64,000 nt of DNA from the human T2T-CHM13v2.0 reference genome, Homo sapiens. The notes under the pieces are model-generated. The model saw nothing but the letters and a program-made list of their open reading frames with translations, ran no database searches and was not told where the DNA came from. Shown here piece after piece: positions 1 through 11,408 of this stretch. The number at the start of each line of letters is the position of its first letter. The stretch's first letter is position 1. Location: NCBI RefSeq assembly GCF_009914755.1, contig NC_060942.1; one strand, written 5' to 3'. The position numbers were made by a program, and so were the translations under genes.

Positions 1-177
1 GAGTGGCCACTGTGTTTGCTGTTTCCTGTCCTAGGTGAGCCACCTCCAGCACCCAGACCAGGCCTCACTGCTCAGACCAAAGCTTTGCCGTTGAAAAGGA
101 TCCCCAAGCCCAGTCATGTGTGAGGCCCTGCCACAGCTGACCATTTCCCTCCAGCACCTCTCTAGCTCCACGATGGG

Positions 178-872
178 GAGCTTGCCCTTCACCCTGAGCC
201 CGGGAGGCCTCCTGCTGAGCTGCCCTTCACCCCGAGCCCGGGAGGCCTCCTGCTGAGCTGCCCTTCACCCCGAGCCCGGGAGGCCTCCTGCTGAGCTGCC
301 CTTCACCCCGAGCCCGGGAGGCCTCCTGCTGAGCTGCCCTTCACCCCGAGCCCGGGAGGCCTCCTGCTGAGCTGCCCTTCACCCCGAGCCCGGGAGGCCT
401 CCTGCTGAGCTGCCCTTCACCCCGAGCCCGGGAGGCCTCCTGCTGAGCTGCCCTTCACCCCGAGCCCGGGAGGCCTCCTGCTGAGCTGACCCTCACCCCG
501 AGCCCGGGAGGCCTCCTGCTGAGCTGCCCTTCACCCCGAGCCCGGGAGGCCTCCTGCTGAGCTGCCCTTCACCCCGAGCCCGGGAGGCCTCCTGCTGAGC
601 TGCCCTTCACCCCGAGCCCGGGAGGCCTCCTGCTGAGCTGACCTTCACCCCGAGCCCGGGAGGCCTCCTGCTGAGCTGCCCTTCACCCCGAGCCCGGGAG
701 GCCTCCTGCTGAGCTGCCCTTCACCCCGAGCCCGGGAGGCCTCCTGCTGAGCTGACCCTCACCCCGAGCCCGGGAGGCCTCTTGCTGAGCTGACCCTCAC
801 CCCGAGCCCGGGAGGCCTCCTGCTGAGCTGACCTTCACCCCGAGCCCGGGAGGCCTCCTGCTGAGCTGACCT
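178..872. repeat. Minisatellite, 38-bp unit, ~18 near-identical copies
   Basis: Head-to-tail GCTGCCCTTCACCCCGAGCCCGGGAGGCCTCCTGCTGA with rare variants (GCTGACC); no spacers. Confidence 0.97.
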
Positions 873-1284
873 CGCTTTTCTGCCAGGGTGGACTTCGAGG
901 CCTCTCCCATTGCAACGCCCTCACCCACAGCCCTGTAAGCGGCTGTTTTCGGGGCCTGATCTGGTATGAATCCACAGTTCAAATCCTCAGCGGGCCAACT
1001 TTCACCTATGAAGACCCTCTAGACACACTGCAAAGGTTAGTCTGAATTTTCAAACAAGGAAATGGGTGTGAAGAGGACTGTGACCAACCACTGCGCCTCC
1101 ACGCTGGTCAATAAAGGCAAACCTTCTTCTGAGATGTGGCTCTCCAGACACGCACCAGCCCTGTCCTGCCCCAGGTCACATGGGGTGAGAAGCCAGGCCA
1201 GTGGGCCAGTCCCAGGCCCTTGGGTGTGCCCGACACCAAAGCCAAGGTGCTGCGGCCTCTGCTTCATGATGGGCCTGGGTCGCT

Positions 1285-2612
1285 AGTGGTCAACACCTGG
1301 TGATCAGTACTTGGTGTCCAGTGGTCATTACCTGATGCCCAGAGGTCAGCACCTACCTCGTGCTAAGAGGTGAGCACCTGGAATCCAGCAGTCATTATCT
1401 GGTACCCAGTGGTCATTACCTGGTGTCCAGTGGTCATTACTTGGTGTCCAGTCGTCATTACCTGGTGCTCAGCGCTCATTACCTGGTGTCCAGCGGTCAT
1501 TACGTGGTGCCCAGAGGTCATTACCTGGTGCCCAGAGGTCATTACCTGGTGTCCAGCAGTCATTATTTGGTGTCCAGAGGTCATTACCTGGTACCCAGTG
1601 GTCATTACCTGGTGTCCAGCAGTCATTATGTGGTGCCCAGAGGTCATTACCTGGTGTCCAGTGGTCATTACCTGATACCCGGTGGTCATTACCTGGTGCC
1701 CGGTGGTCATTACCTGGTCTCCAGTGGTCATTACTTGGTGCCCAGAGGTCATTAGCTGGTACCCAGCAGTCATTACCTGGTACCCAGCGGTCATTACCTG
1801 GTGCCCAGTGGTCATTACCTGGAGCCCAGAGGTCATTACCTGGCACCCAGCAGTCATAACCTGGCACCCAGTGGCATCCAGCGGTCATTACCTGGTGCCC
1901 AGTGGTCATTACCTGGTACCCAGTGGTCATTACTTGGAGCCTAGAGGTCATTACCTGGCACCCAGCAGTCATAAACTGGTGCCCAGTGGTACCCAGTGGT
2001 CATTACCTGGTTTCCAGCGGTCATTACCTGGTGTCCAGTGGTCATTACCTGGTGCCCAGCGGTCATTACCTGGCATCCAGCAGTCATTACCTGGCACCCA
2101 GCAGTCATAACCTGGTGCCCAGTGGTACCCAGCGGTCATTACCTGGTGTCCAGCATCATTACCTGTTACCCAGTGGTCATTACCTGGTGCCCAGTGGTCA
2201 TTACCTGGTGCCCAGTGGTCATTACCTGGAGCCCAGAGGTCATTACCTGACACCCAGCAGTCATAACCTGGTGCCCAGTGGTACCCAGCGGTCATTACCT
2301 GGTACCCAGTGGTCATTACCTGGTGTCCAGCAGTCATCACTTAGTGTCCAGAGGTCATTACCTGGTGCCCAGCCATCATCACTTGGTGTCCAGAAGTCAT
2401 TACCTGATGTCCAGCGGTCATTACCTGGTGTCCAGTGGTCATTACGTGGTGCCCTGCAGTCATCACTTAGTGTCCAGTGGTCATTACCTGGTGCCCTGAA
2501 GTCATCACTTAGTGTCCAGAGGTCATTACCTGGTACCCAGTGGTCATCACCTTGCACCCACGGTCAGTTCCTGGTGCCTGGCTGTCATCTCCTGGTGCCC
2601 AGTGGTCATCAG
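1285..2612. repeat. Minisatellite, 21-bp unit, ~60 diverged copies with occasional 12-bp inserts
   Basis: Consensus GGTCATTACCTGGTGCCCAGT; unit length divisible by 3 explains the many repetitive ORFs at 1360-2690. Confidence 0.96.
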
Positions 2613-3944
2613 TGGCCCTCAGGCTTCACAGCCATGGAGACTTTTGCCTGGGAATATTCTTCAGCATGGAGTTTTGTTAGCATATACTAAAAAATTCAAA
2701 AACAAAAAGCCCAGCTTGCTGTGAGCACCTTTTGTGAGCGTTCCATTTGAACAGAGTCCAAATATATTTAAAAACCGCAAATTCTATGCATTTTACAAAT
2801 GACTTTTGTTGTTGTTGATGTTGAGCTTTTTTAATTTTCAGTAATGCCCAAGCATGTGGTTCCCTCTAGATGGTTTTTCTAAATCTTGATCCCTTCTGCT
2901 GCCAGAAATTAAAACAAAAAGGCTGTGTGGCTCTCTTGTTCTGACTCCCAAGGGTCCAGAAGGAAGCCATTGTTAACTACAAACGACATTGAATACCTCA
3001 CTTGGTACGGGTTTTCCACTCAATTCTAATTATTAATAATTACCCTAAAGTTTTGGAGCTGGGTGTAAAAAGCAATATTCTTGTTCCTACACCAAAGGAT
3101 CCTGTCCCTTCCCATTTACCCCTGGCGAGGCTTCCAGAGAAAAAGGAAGGGGCGGGAACGCTTATGCCAGGGTACATTGTTTTAGGAAATAAATATATTC
3201 ATGGAATACCGTGCCATCTATAACTTATTTTTAATAAATCACGAGAATTAACCAGACCCCAAATAATAAACCCTTTGGTATATCAATCACTCTCTGTAAA
3301 TAATCATCTGTTTTCTGATCTGGAGATTTTTAATCATATTTTTATACATCTGACTTTAGTAAAGTAGGAAGATTTCATAATTAAACGGAATACAATTTTT
3401 TTCAGGTCATCTTGGAAACATAATCTCATGCAGAGATTTAAAATAAAGCCTGATGCTTTGACAAACCTCCTATGTGGGGACCCTGTAAACACGCCAGTTC
3501 TGGCATTAGGCAGAGAGGCCAAAAGGAACCCGCCCTCCTGGGCCTGGGGTCAGACCTGGCCACATAGTGGGGTGCCAGAGCACCCGTGACGGATGGCCAG
3601 CCCCCGACACGCCTGATCCATCCGAAAATGTCATCCGAGACTGGCAGACCAGCACGTTCCAGCCTCACTGTTGCTAAACTGAGGTGCAAAAGCTGCCATG
3701 ATCCCTAACCCTTCCTAGCTTCCAGCAGCTGAATCCTGAAGAAAAATGGGCTCATCTAATTTCAGATTTTAATTCTATAAACTTGAAAAACAATATAGAA
3801 ATTAAGCTTGGTATAGAATGTGCAAAATTTTCAAAATTGCTTTTCCAAAAGAGAAAAATATAGATTTGTGTTGTTCAAGTGTTGATGAAATTTTACAGAT
3901 GCTTTTTTTGTTTGTTTCACAATGATTTCTTTATTTTCCTTCTC

Positions 3945-4078
3945 CTTTTCCTTTTCTTCCTTTCTTCCTTCCTCCTTTCTTTCCTTCCTTCCTTCTTTCT
4001 TTCCTCCCTTTTCTTTCTTTCTCTTTCTTTCTGTCTTTCTTCTTTGCTCTCTCTTCCTTTCTTTCCCTCTCTTTTTTT
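3945..4078. repeat. Polypyrimidine low-complexity tract, (TTCC)/(TTTC)n-like
   Basis: Almost pure C/T on the + strand for ~130 nt. Confidence 0.9.
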
Positions 4079-4379
4079 GAGTCAATCGATTTGAAACAGT
4101 AAGCACCCAGGTAGTCAACTCACAGCTCAATCAGTCATGGCACCACGAAAGAAATGGTGAAGCCAAGGGCAGTCACTGTTATCAAAATGATGGTGAAACA
4201 CCCACAGAGCATCTGCTTTGTGGATCTTAAGGGGGACACTGGCAGAGTGGGCATCTCAAGGGGCTTGGTCCCCTGGTGGAAATCCTGCCCTCCAAGCCGT
4301 GCTGCCTCTTGAGGCTGTTTCGGGGACATAGGATGACAATCCATCACTGCCTCTGATCAGCAGAATCGGAATTTATGAA

Positions 4380-4930
4380 TTCAGTGGTGGAGCGAAACTG
4401 GCAGAATTATTCTGCTATCAACCCCGCCAAAATGGAGAGGGAGGGAACTGAGGCTTCTTTCATTTTCCCTCCCACTGCTACAGCACTGTATTTAATTGAC
4501 TTACAATTTTTTCCTAATATAATTCTTTATGAAACCTGCCTTAAGCAAAGGACCCATGATTGTTCACCAAGGGTCGTGCCTCATTTGTTCCTGTAGATTG
4601 TGCCTAATTAACGTTAACTTGTCTGTACATAAAAAGTACAATCGGCTGTCCTTTCCAATTTAATTCCGACAGTTTAATCGAATCTGTATTCTTTCAAAAA
4701 TAATTAGATCATTTACACTTCATTAACATGTAGTGTAATGTTGGGACATTCATCATAATGATTTCTTATTTTTCTTGTGCAATATTATCTCCTCTAATGA
4801 AACTGTTAACACCATGCATGCCTTAATTAGCTGTATCATATCACTGACAATTTCTGAATAAAGCCATTTTTACAGATGAAATTGAATTATCTTGGTAGGT
4901 ATATTTTCAGCGGAATCTATTCTTTTCTTA
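4380..4930. promoter_or_regulatory. Candidate conserved non-coding element / enhancer
   Basis: AT-rich, no repeat recognised, dense TAAT/ATTA cores (CTAATTAAC, TAATTAG, TTAATTAG); conservation not tested. Confidence 0.4.
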
Positions 4931-5231
4931 TTAAAAAATACCTTCCCATGGTCCAACCTCACAGTGCTGTGGGCCCATCATAGCAGCCTAGTACCGACCC
5001 AGTGGGCAGGAAGGGCCAGTGTCTCTCCCGTGCTGGAACGCAGCAGAGCCAGCTCTTCATGCAATGTGAAGTGTGGCCTCCTGGGCTGCCATGTACACCG
5101 TGACCAGGAGGAAAAGGGCATAGGTATGTGATGTGGCCAACAGGTAACAAGCAGCGCTGCTCTAACTTAGAGAGACAGAGAAGTAAATCCACAGAAGGCT
5201 AGACGTGTGGTGCCCTCGAGACAAAAAAGGG

Positions 5232-5520
5232 AAGCTGCAGACCCACCTGGCTCAGGTAGGCACGTGAGATGAAGTTGTAGACACACCTGGTAGGCAGATG
5301 AGATGCTGCAAACCCACCTGGCTCAGGTAGACAGGTGAGATGAAGCTGCAGACACACCTGGTAGGTAGGTGAGATAAAGCTGTAGACACACCTGGCTCAG
5401 GTAGGCATATGAGATGAAGCTGTAGACATACCTGGTAGGCAGGTGAGATGCTGCAGACATGCCTTGCTCAGGTGGGCAGGTGAGATGAAACTGCCATCTC
5501 ACCTGGCTCAGGTATGCAGG
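5232..5520. repeat. Degenerate tandem repeat, ~31-41-bp units, ~8 copies
   Basis: Recurring GCTG(C/T)AGACACACCTGG(CTCAGG)TAGGCAGGTGAGATGAA. Confidence 0.85.
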
Positions 5521-5916
5521 AAAAAGGCCACTTACCAGGCTGTGGGCCACCCTTAACCACAGGTTATAGTTATGCCATCCACAACAGTATATTCAGACAA
5601 AGACCACTCATTGTAGGAAGGGTGGCATCTGATCCTAAGCTGAACTCTTGCCTGGGACCCAAGAGGACAGGCAAGCGGATGGAGGTGGACCCACGGGAAT
5701 CCACCGCATCTGCTGAGCTGCTTAAGAGGAAGTTCAGAAAGTGAGGAAGGGAAGAACAGGCTGAAAGGGCTCTTCCTGTGCAGGAACTGCTGCTGAGATG
5801 CCCATACCCAAGTCTTCATCTCCAAAGTCTGTGGATACCTCTTCTCATACTCACCCCCTTCTCTCTCATCTCTAACCACTGGGCCTCATTTTGCACCTGC
5901 ACCACTTACCTCTCCC

Positions 5917-6334
5917 ACAGCTTTATTAAGGTATAGTTGACAAATAAAAAGCATATCTATTTATTGCATGCCACGTGATGTTTTGATATATGTATACATT
6001 GTGAAAGGATTAAATCAAGCTAATTAACATATCCATCACCTCATATACTTATTATTTTTTATGGTGAGAACATGTAAGATCTACTCTCTTAGCAAAGCTC
6101 AGGTATAGAGTACATTGTTATCTCCCCAACCTCTTCCCCCAAAATGCCAGTAAATTCCGGTAACTACCATTCTGTTCTCTGTTTCTACAAGTTCACCTCT
6201 TTCAGACATGAACATATAAGTGAGATTACACAGTATTTGTCTTTTGAGTCTGGCTTATTTCACTTAGCATCCTGTTCTCCAGGTTCATCTGTGTTATCAC
6301 AAATGACAGGATTTCCTTCTTTTTTGAGGCTGAA
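5917..6334 (-). mobile_element. LINE-1 3' end (L1MA-type), antisense segment of an inverted insertion
   Basis: CTTTATTAAGGTATAGTTGACAAATAAAA...AAGATCTACTCTCTTAGCAA...GGATTTCCTTCTTTTTTGAGGCTGAA matches the reverse complement of an L1MA 3' end. Confidence 0.88.
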
Positions 6335-6337
6335 GAG

Positions 6338-7842
6338 AATAAAGACTCCACCAGAAAACAACCGTTGGAACTAATAAATTAATTCAGTAAAGTTGTAAGA
6401 GACAGAATTAACAGCAAAAATCAGTAGAGTTTAAGAAAACAATCTCATTTATAAGCATAAAGAAACAGGAATAAATTTAACAAAAGTGGTAAAAGATCTG
6501 CATAGTGAAAACAAGATATTGATGAAAAAAATTGAAGACACCCTGTGTTGATGGATTGGAAGAATTAATATTGTTAAAATTACCATAGTAGCCAAAGCAA
6601 TATGCAGATTCAATGCAATCCCTACCAAAATGCCTAATGACATTTTTACAGAAATAGAAAAAAAATCTAAAATTCATATGGGACCCCCCAAAAAAATACC
6701 CAAATAGCCAAAGCAATCTCGAGCAAGAAAAACAAAGTTGGAGGCATCGTACTTCCTGATTTCAAAACATACCACAACATCATAGTGATCAAAACAGCAT
6801 GCAACTGGGATAAAAACAGACACATAGACCTATGGAACAGAACGGAAAGCCCAAAACTAAATCTACACATTTAAGGTCAGTTGATCTTCAACAAAGTTGC
6901 CAAGAACACACAATAAGGAGAGTCTCTTCAATAAATGGTGTCAGGATAACTGGATATCCACATACCTATGGAACGCTATATAAAAAATTGACTCAAAACG
7001 GATTAAAGATTTAAACATAAGATGTGAAACTATAAAACTACCAGAAGAAAACAGGGGGAAAGCTCTATGACATTGGTCTGGGCAATAATTCTTTGAATAT
7101 GACCCCAAAAGCAGAAGCAACAGAAGCAAACGTAGACAAAATGGGACCAGATCAAACTGAAAAGCTTCTGCACAACACAGGAACAATCAATGGAGTGAAG
7201 AGGCAGCCCACAGAATGAGAGAAATATTTGCAAACCAGGCATCTGATAAGGGATTAATATCCAAAATATAGAAGGAACTCAAATAACTCAACAGCAAGAA
7301 AACAAATAACCTGATTTAAAAATGGGCAAAGAACCTGAACAGACATTTCTCAAAAGAAGACATGCAAATGGCCAAGAAGAATATGAAACAAAGTTCAACA
7401 TCACTAATCATGAGGGAAGTGCAAACCAAAACACAATGAGATATCATCTTACACCTGCTAGAATGGCTACTATCAAAAAGCAAAAGATAAGTGAAGGTGA
7501 GGATGCAGAGGAAAGGGGCCCAGTCAGTGCACACTGTTATTAGAAATGTATGCTAATGCAGCCGTTATGGAAAACAGTATGGAGCTTCCTCAAAAAACAA
7601 AAACTAGAACTACTCTATGATCCAATAATTCCACCACTAGGTATGTATCCAAAAGAAATGAAATCAATATGTCAAAGAGATATCTGCATGCCCATGTTTA
7701 TGGCAACACTATTCACGATAGCCCAGATATGGAATCAACTTAGGAGTCCATCAATGAATGAATGGATAAAGAAAATGTGGTGTAATATATATACACAATG
7801 GAATACTAAACAGCCTTTAAAAAAGAAGATCCTGTCATCTGC
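6338..7842 (+). mobile_element. LINE-1 ORF2 fragment (L1MA-type), decayed; inverted segment of the same insertion
   Basis: ORF track peptides [15 protein letters not shown] and QPLWKTVWSFLKK...LFTIAQIWNQ...WIKKMW match the L1 ORF2p C-terminus; multiple stops and frameshifts. Confidence 0.93.
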
Positions 7843-8377
7843 ACTTGCCTTCCAATTGGATGACTACACACCTGTCCTGGCCCTGTTTCCCTCAGGATCT
7901 GTCCAAGATGCAAGTTGATTAAGTCACCCATCTGCCAGCAGCCCTTTGGCAGCTCCTGCACCTTTCAGGATAAATTTCACCTCCTATGTTAGCCTGCATG
8001 GACCCCAGCTCAGCCCCTGCCATCTCTTAGCTCATCTGCAAAAATACTTGGCTTCAGCCATGCCACATTGTTCTTCACCTCTATCGCTTCACAACACTAT
8101 TCCTTCTACCAGAAATTCCTTTCCCAAATTACTTATTTATTGAACTCCTTCAAAACATGGCTCAGATGGTGCCTCCTCTGGAAAGCTTATCCAGATTTTG
8201 AGTCTCATTCAGATACCACTGGACTATGTGTCTCTAGAGTGAGCTGTAGATGCACAGGTGTTCACATTGCCATTTAGTTCCTACAACTCTAGATATGAAA
8301 CTAGTATTCTGGATATAAAATGCACCCTGGATTCAAAAGGATTCTTCTCACAAACTAATAAGAAAGTAGCACAAATA

Positions 8378-8582
8378 GTCAGGAGACATGGATATGAGTC
8401 CCAGTGCTGAGAGCTGTACCTGCTCTAGTGCTCACTTAACCTTCGTGAGCCTCAGCTTTTTCATGGGTAAAATGGAGGTTATAATATCTACCACTCAGGT
8501 TTGCGAGGTTCAAATGAGAAAACCCATTGAAGAGTGCTTTGTGGAGTATAGTAAGGCATCTATAAATAGGAGTTGCTATTTC
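8378..8582 (+). mobile_element. MIR SINE fragment
   Basis: CACTTAACCTTCGTGAGCCTCAGCTTTTTCATGGGTAAAATGGAG resembles the MIR core. Confidence 0.75.
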
Positions 8583-8882
8583 AGTTCCATTAACAACATT
8601 ACCCAGCAAATCTTTATTGGGCACCAGTGGTGTGTGAGCCATGCATGAGCCAGTGCGCCTTGAACACTTCCCCATTCCTGAGTGCAAGAGTGTGAAACTG
8701 AATATCCAAGACTTACCTCCATCCCACTTTATCTAGCCTGCAGGGTTTCCAGTCTCCCACACATTGTAAAACTTCCAGAGCCAGAAGCAGGATCCTAGAC
8801 ACACAAGTTCTTGTAGCTCATTCTTCTAGAAAAGGCGACTCAAGTTCAGCTGCCCAGGAGAGTTCAGGATAGGGTGGAGAGG

Positions 8883-9252
8883 TGCATTAGTCTGTTCTCA
8901 CACTGCTGTAAAGGACTGCCCAAGACAGGGTAATTTACATAGGAAAAAGGTCTAATTGACTTGAAGTTCCACGTGGCTGGGGAAGCTTCAGGAAACTTAC
9001 AATCATGGCGGAAGGGAAAGCGAACACGTTCTTCTTCACATGATGGCAGGAAGGAGAAGTGCTGAGCAAAAGGGGGGAAAGCCCCTTATAAAACCATCAG
9101 ATATTATGAGAACTCACTCACTATCACCCGAACAGGAAGGGAGAAGCCATCCCCATGATTCAATTACCTCCCACTGAGTCCCTCCCACAACACATAGGGA
9201 TTAAGGGAACTACAAGATGAGATTTGGGTGGGGACACAGCCAAACCATCTCA
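8883..9252 (-). mobile_element. THE1 (ERVL-MaLR) solo LTR, THE1C/D-like, 5-bp TSD AGAGG
   Basis: TG...CA termini; ends GATGAGATTTGGGTGGGGACACAGCCAAACCATCTCA (reverse complement of the THE1 start); AGAGG at 8878-8882 and 9253-9257. Confidence 0.93.
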
Positions 9253-10269
9253 AGAGGTGACATCTGCCCTCCATATCCAGGAGGTCAAGGGCATCTCCGG
9301 GTGACAATGGGAAGGATGGCTTCCAGTGAGGTTGGGTCGTGCCCAGAGTATGGGAACCGCACATGCACCGGGTGGTGTGCTTTCCACCCGAGAACTTGGA
9401 AGCCAGTTTCCTTGCTGTGCTCCTTCCATAGGAAGCCGAGTCTACCTATGTGAGTCACACAGAAACTGGAACAAAGCAGCAAGGTGGGAAATGGTAAAAA
9501 TATTGCTTGGGTAGAATCCGATCTTTGTCCCAAAGATTATTATATACGTGGTATTTGTATTGTTCTGAAAAATGGCATGAAAGGAGAAGGAGAAAATGTG
9601 TTCCTCTAAACCTGGCCTAGGGGTTGAAGCTATTCACACCAAAGTCCTAAAACAGGAATCCTCTGTCTTGATCAAGCTAGTTAACTTGTAGATTACCTAC
9701 AAGTACAAAACCAGGAAGCCAAAGCTAAAATGGAATACAATGGGAAACCCCTGAGAAAATCATGATCATACTACCTACATTTTCTGTGTCCAGAGAAACA
9801 TGCTGTCCCTGCGGTGTGGGTGCATCAGTGGTTTGTATCCCATTGGGCTGTGTGGATTTGCTGTTGGAGTTCTTGGCTCGGGCGTGGCCACAGTTAAACA
9901 CCCCAGTGTATGTCAAAGGCACAGACCCCTGCTGCACACAGCTCTATTTTTGCTGTGGTGGTGGCTGCTTTTACAACCAAGCATGTCTCAACCTCATTCT
10001 ACTTACTCTCTCCATCTTTCCCCCCACCATTAACCGAATGAAAAACATATGTCGATTTTTAGTTCTGCAAAGAAAATGGAGGACAATGTGGAATATGACC
10101 ATTTCAATGTTATTTAAACACCTTTTCTTTACTTCCTCTTCCCTGGAATATGTGTGAAGAGAAGGCTGGTGCAACAGGACGGGAAGGCAGAGGTGGCCAA
10201 AGACTGCTCTCGTGCATGGAGGCTTTTGAAAGCAGTGAGCGTAATTGTCCTGCACATGTTTTGGGGAAG

Positions 10270-10620
10270 CAAGGCTACTCATTAACTGCTAGTGGATCAA
10301 TTAGTTATAACAGCTATAATAGCGCACAGACAATGGCGTGAAGCTATGTGCTGCTGTGCCTCTCCTCACTTTGGGTGGGCACTTTTTTTAGCTGTTGCTT
10401 TGAAGATTTAAGTTAATAATTTATCCCTAATGAATTTAATCTTTCTGTTTCTCTGGTACATAGGGCACTTAATGGATGAGAGAAACAATTGTGCCATTAA
10501 CACGATTTTGTTTTAAAGAAAATTTCAACATTGAGAGCAATATTTTTATATCAATGTCTCCAAAGGTACATTAATGAATTTAGCTACTTCAGCAAAGACA
10601 TTGAAAAGAGGTCAGGGTAA
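10270..10620. promoter_or_regulatory. Candidate conserved non-coding element
   Basis: AT-rich unique island with many TAAT cores and SOX-like ACAATGG and AACAATTG; conservation not tested. Confidence 0.33.
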
Positions 10621-10749
10621 GACGAAGTTATAAGGAGGAGATTTGTCTTTGGTTGGTCATGTGACATCTCATGAAAATATAGTTCCACCTTCTATAACAT
10701 ATAGAAGCTTGTGCAACATACACAGCTATGAGTAAAAGGAATTCACAAC

Positions 10750-11408
10750 CGTTGGGGCTAGGAAATGACATCCTAAAGCAAAGGCCTCAGAAGCAAAGTG
10801 TCTCTAAGCATCTCCCGCCCCTGTGTCTCTCAGCCTCATCTCTCCCAAAGCCTCATCTCTCCCACAGAACCTAAAAAGGTCGCTCTGCTTCCCCGGCCTT
10901 TCTGTATAAGGCCTGGCCATAAAGAGATCTCTGCCCTACATTGTCTGATGGGGGTCCTAAACCCCACCAATTCTACAAGGTCTTGCCTCATCCTAGGAAG
11001 AAGAAGCAGTGCCCAGAGGCCAAGACGGATCTGAAGAGACAGCCCTGGAGGCTCCCCTCACTCTAGCACCACGGAGCACAGACGGCCTTGGGGGCTCCCC
11101 TTGGTCCAGCACCACGGAGCACAGACGGCCTTGGGGGCTCCCCTCGGTCCAGCACCATGGAGCACACCCATCTGCCAATCCCATTGCAGGAACACGGCCG
11201 TCCCTGCTTCACTGAACCTACGCATAAAATCAGACCACTTCCGCCCCTGTATCTTTGGGTCTTCCCTCTGAAGGCTTCTGTGTCACACAAAACTATGATC
11301 AAACCAATGTGTTATGCTTTTCTCTTTGTTAACCTGTCTTTGTTATTTTGCTGTTGGCCGTGACCCTTAGGATGGGGAGGAAAGAAATTACCCCCTTTCC
11401 ACCCCACA
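10750..11408 (+). mobile_element. ERV1-class solo LTR (MER39/MER34 group)
   Basis: Starts (C)GTTGGGGCT..; contains CCCTGTATCTTTGGGTCTTC..CTGAAGGCT..TGTCAC..AAAACTATGATCAAA as in the MER39 group; ends CCCCACA. Confidence 0.72.
11065..11165. repeat. 43-bp tandem duplication (~2.3 copies) inside the LTR
   Basis: AGCACCACGGAGCACAGACGGCCTTGGGGGCTCCCCT(T/C)GGTCC starting at 11065, 11108 and 11151. Confidence 0.9.

Noticed and set aside
178-872. CRISPR-like array (38-bp partly palindromic repeat)
   Set aside because: Units are contiguous with no unique spacers, no cas genes are present, and the context is primate genomic DNA
1360-2690. Overlapping 100-260 aa ORFs on both strands
   Set aside because: Translation of a 21-bp tandem repeat; heptad peptides in several frames, with no splice or homology support
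7322-7918. ORFs resembling a real protein
   Set aside because: Frameshifted remnants of L1 ORF2p, not a host gene
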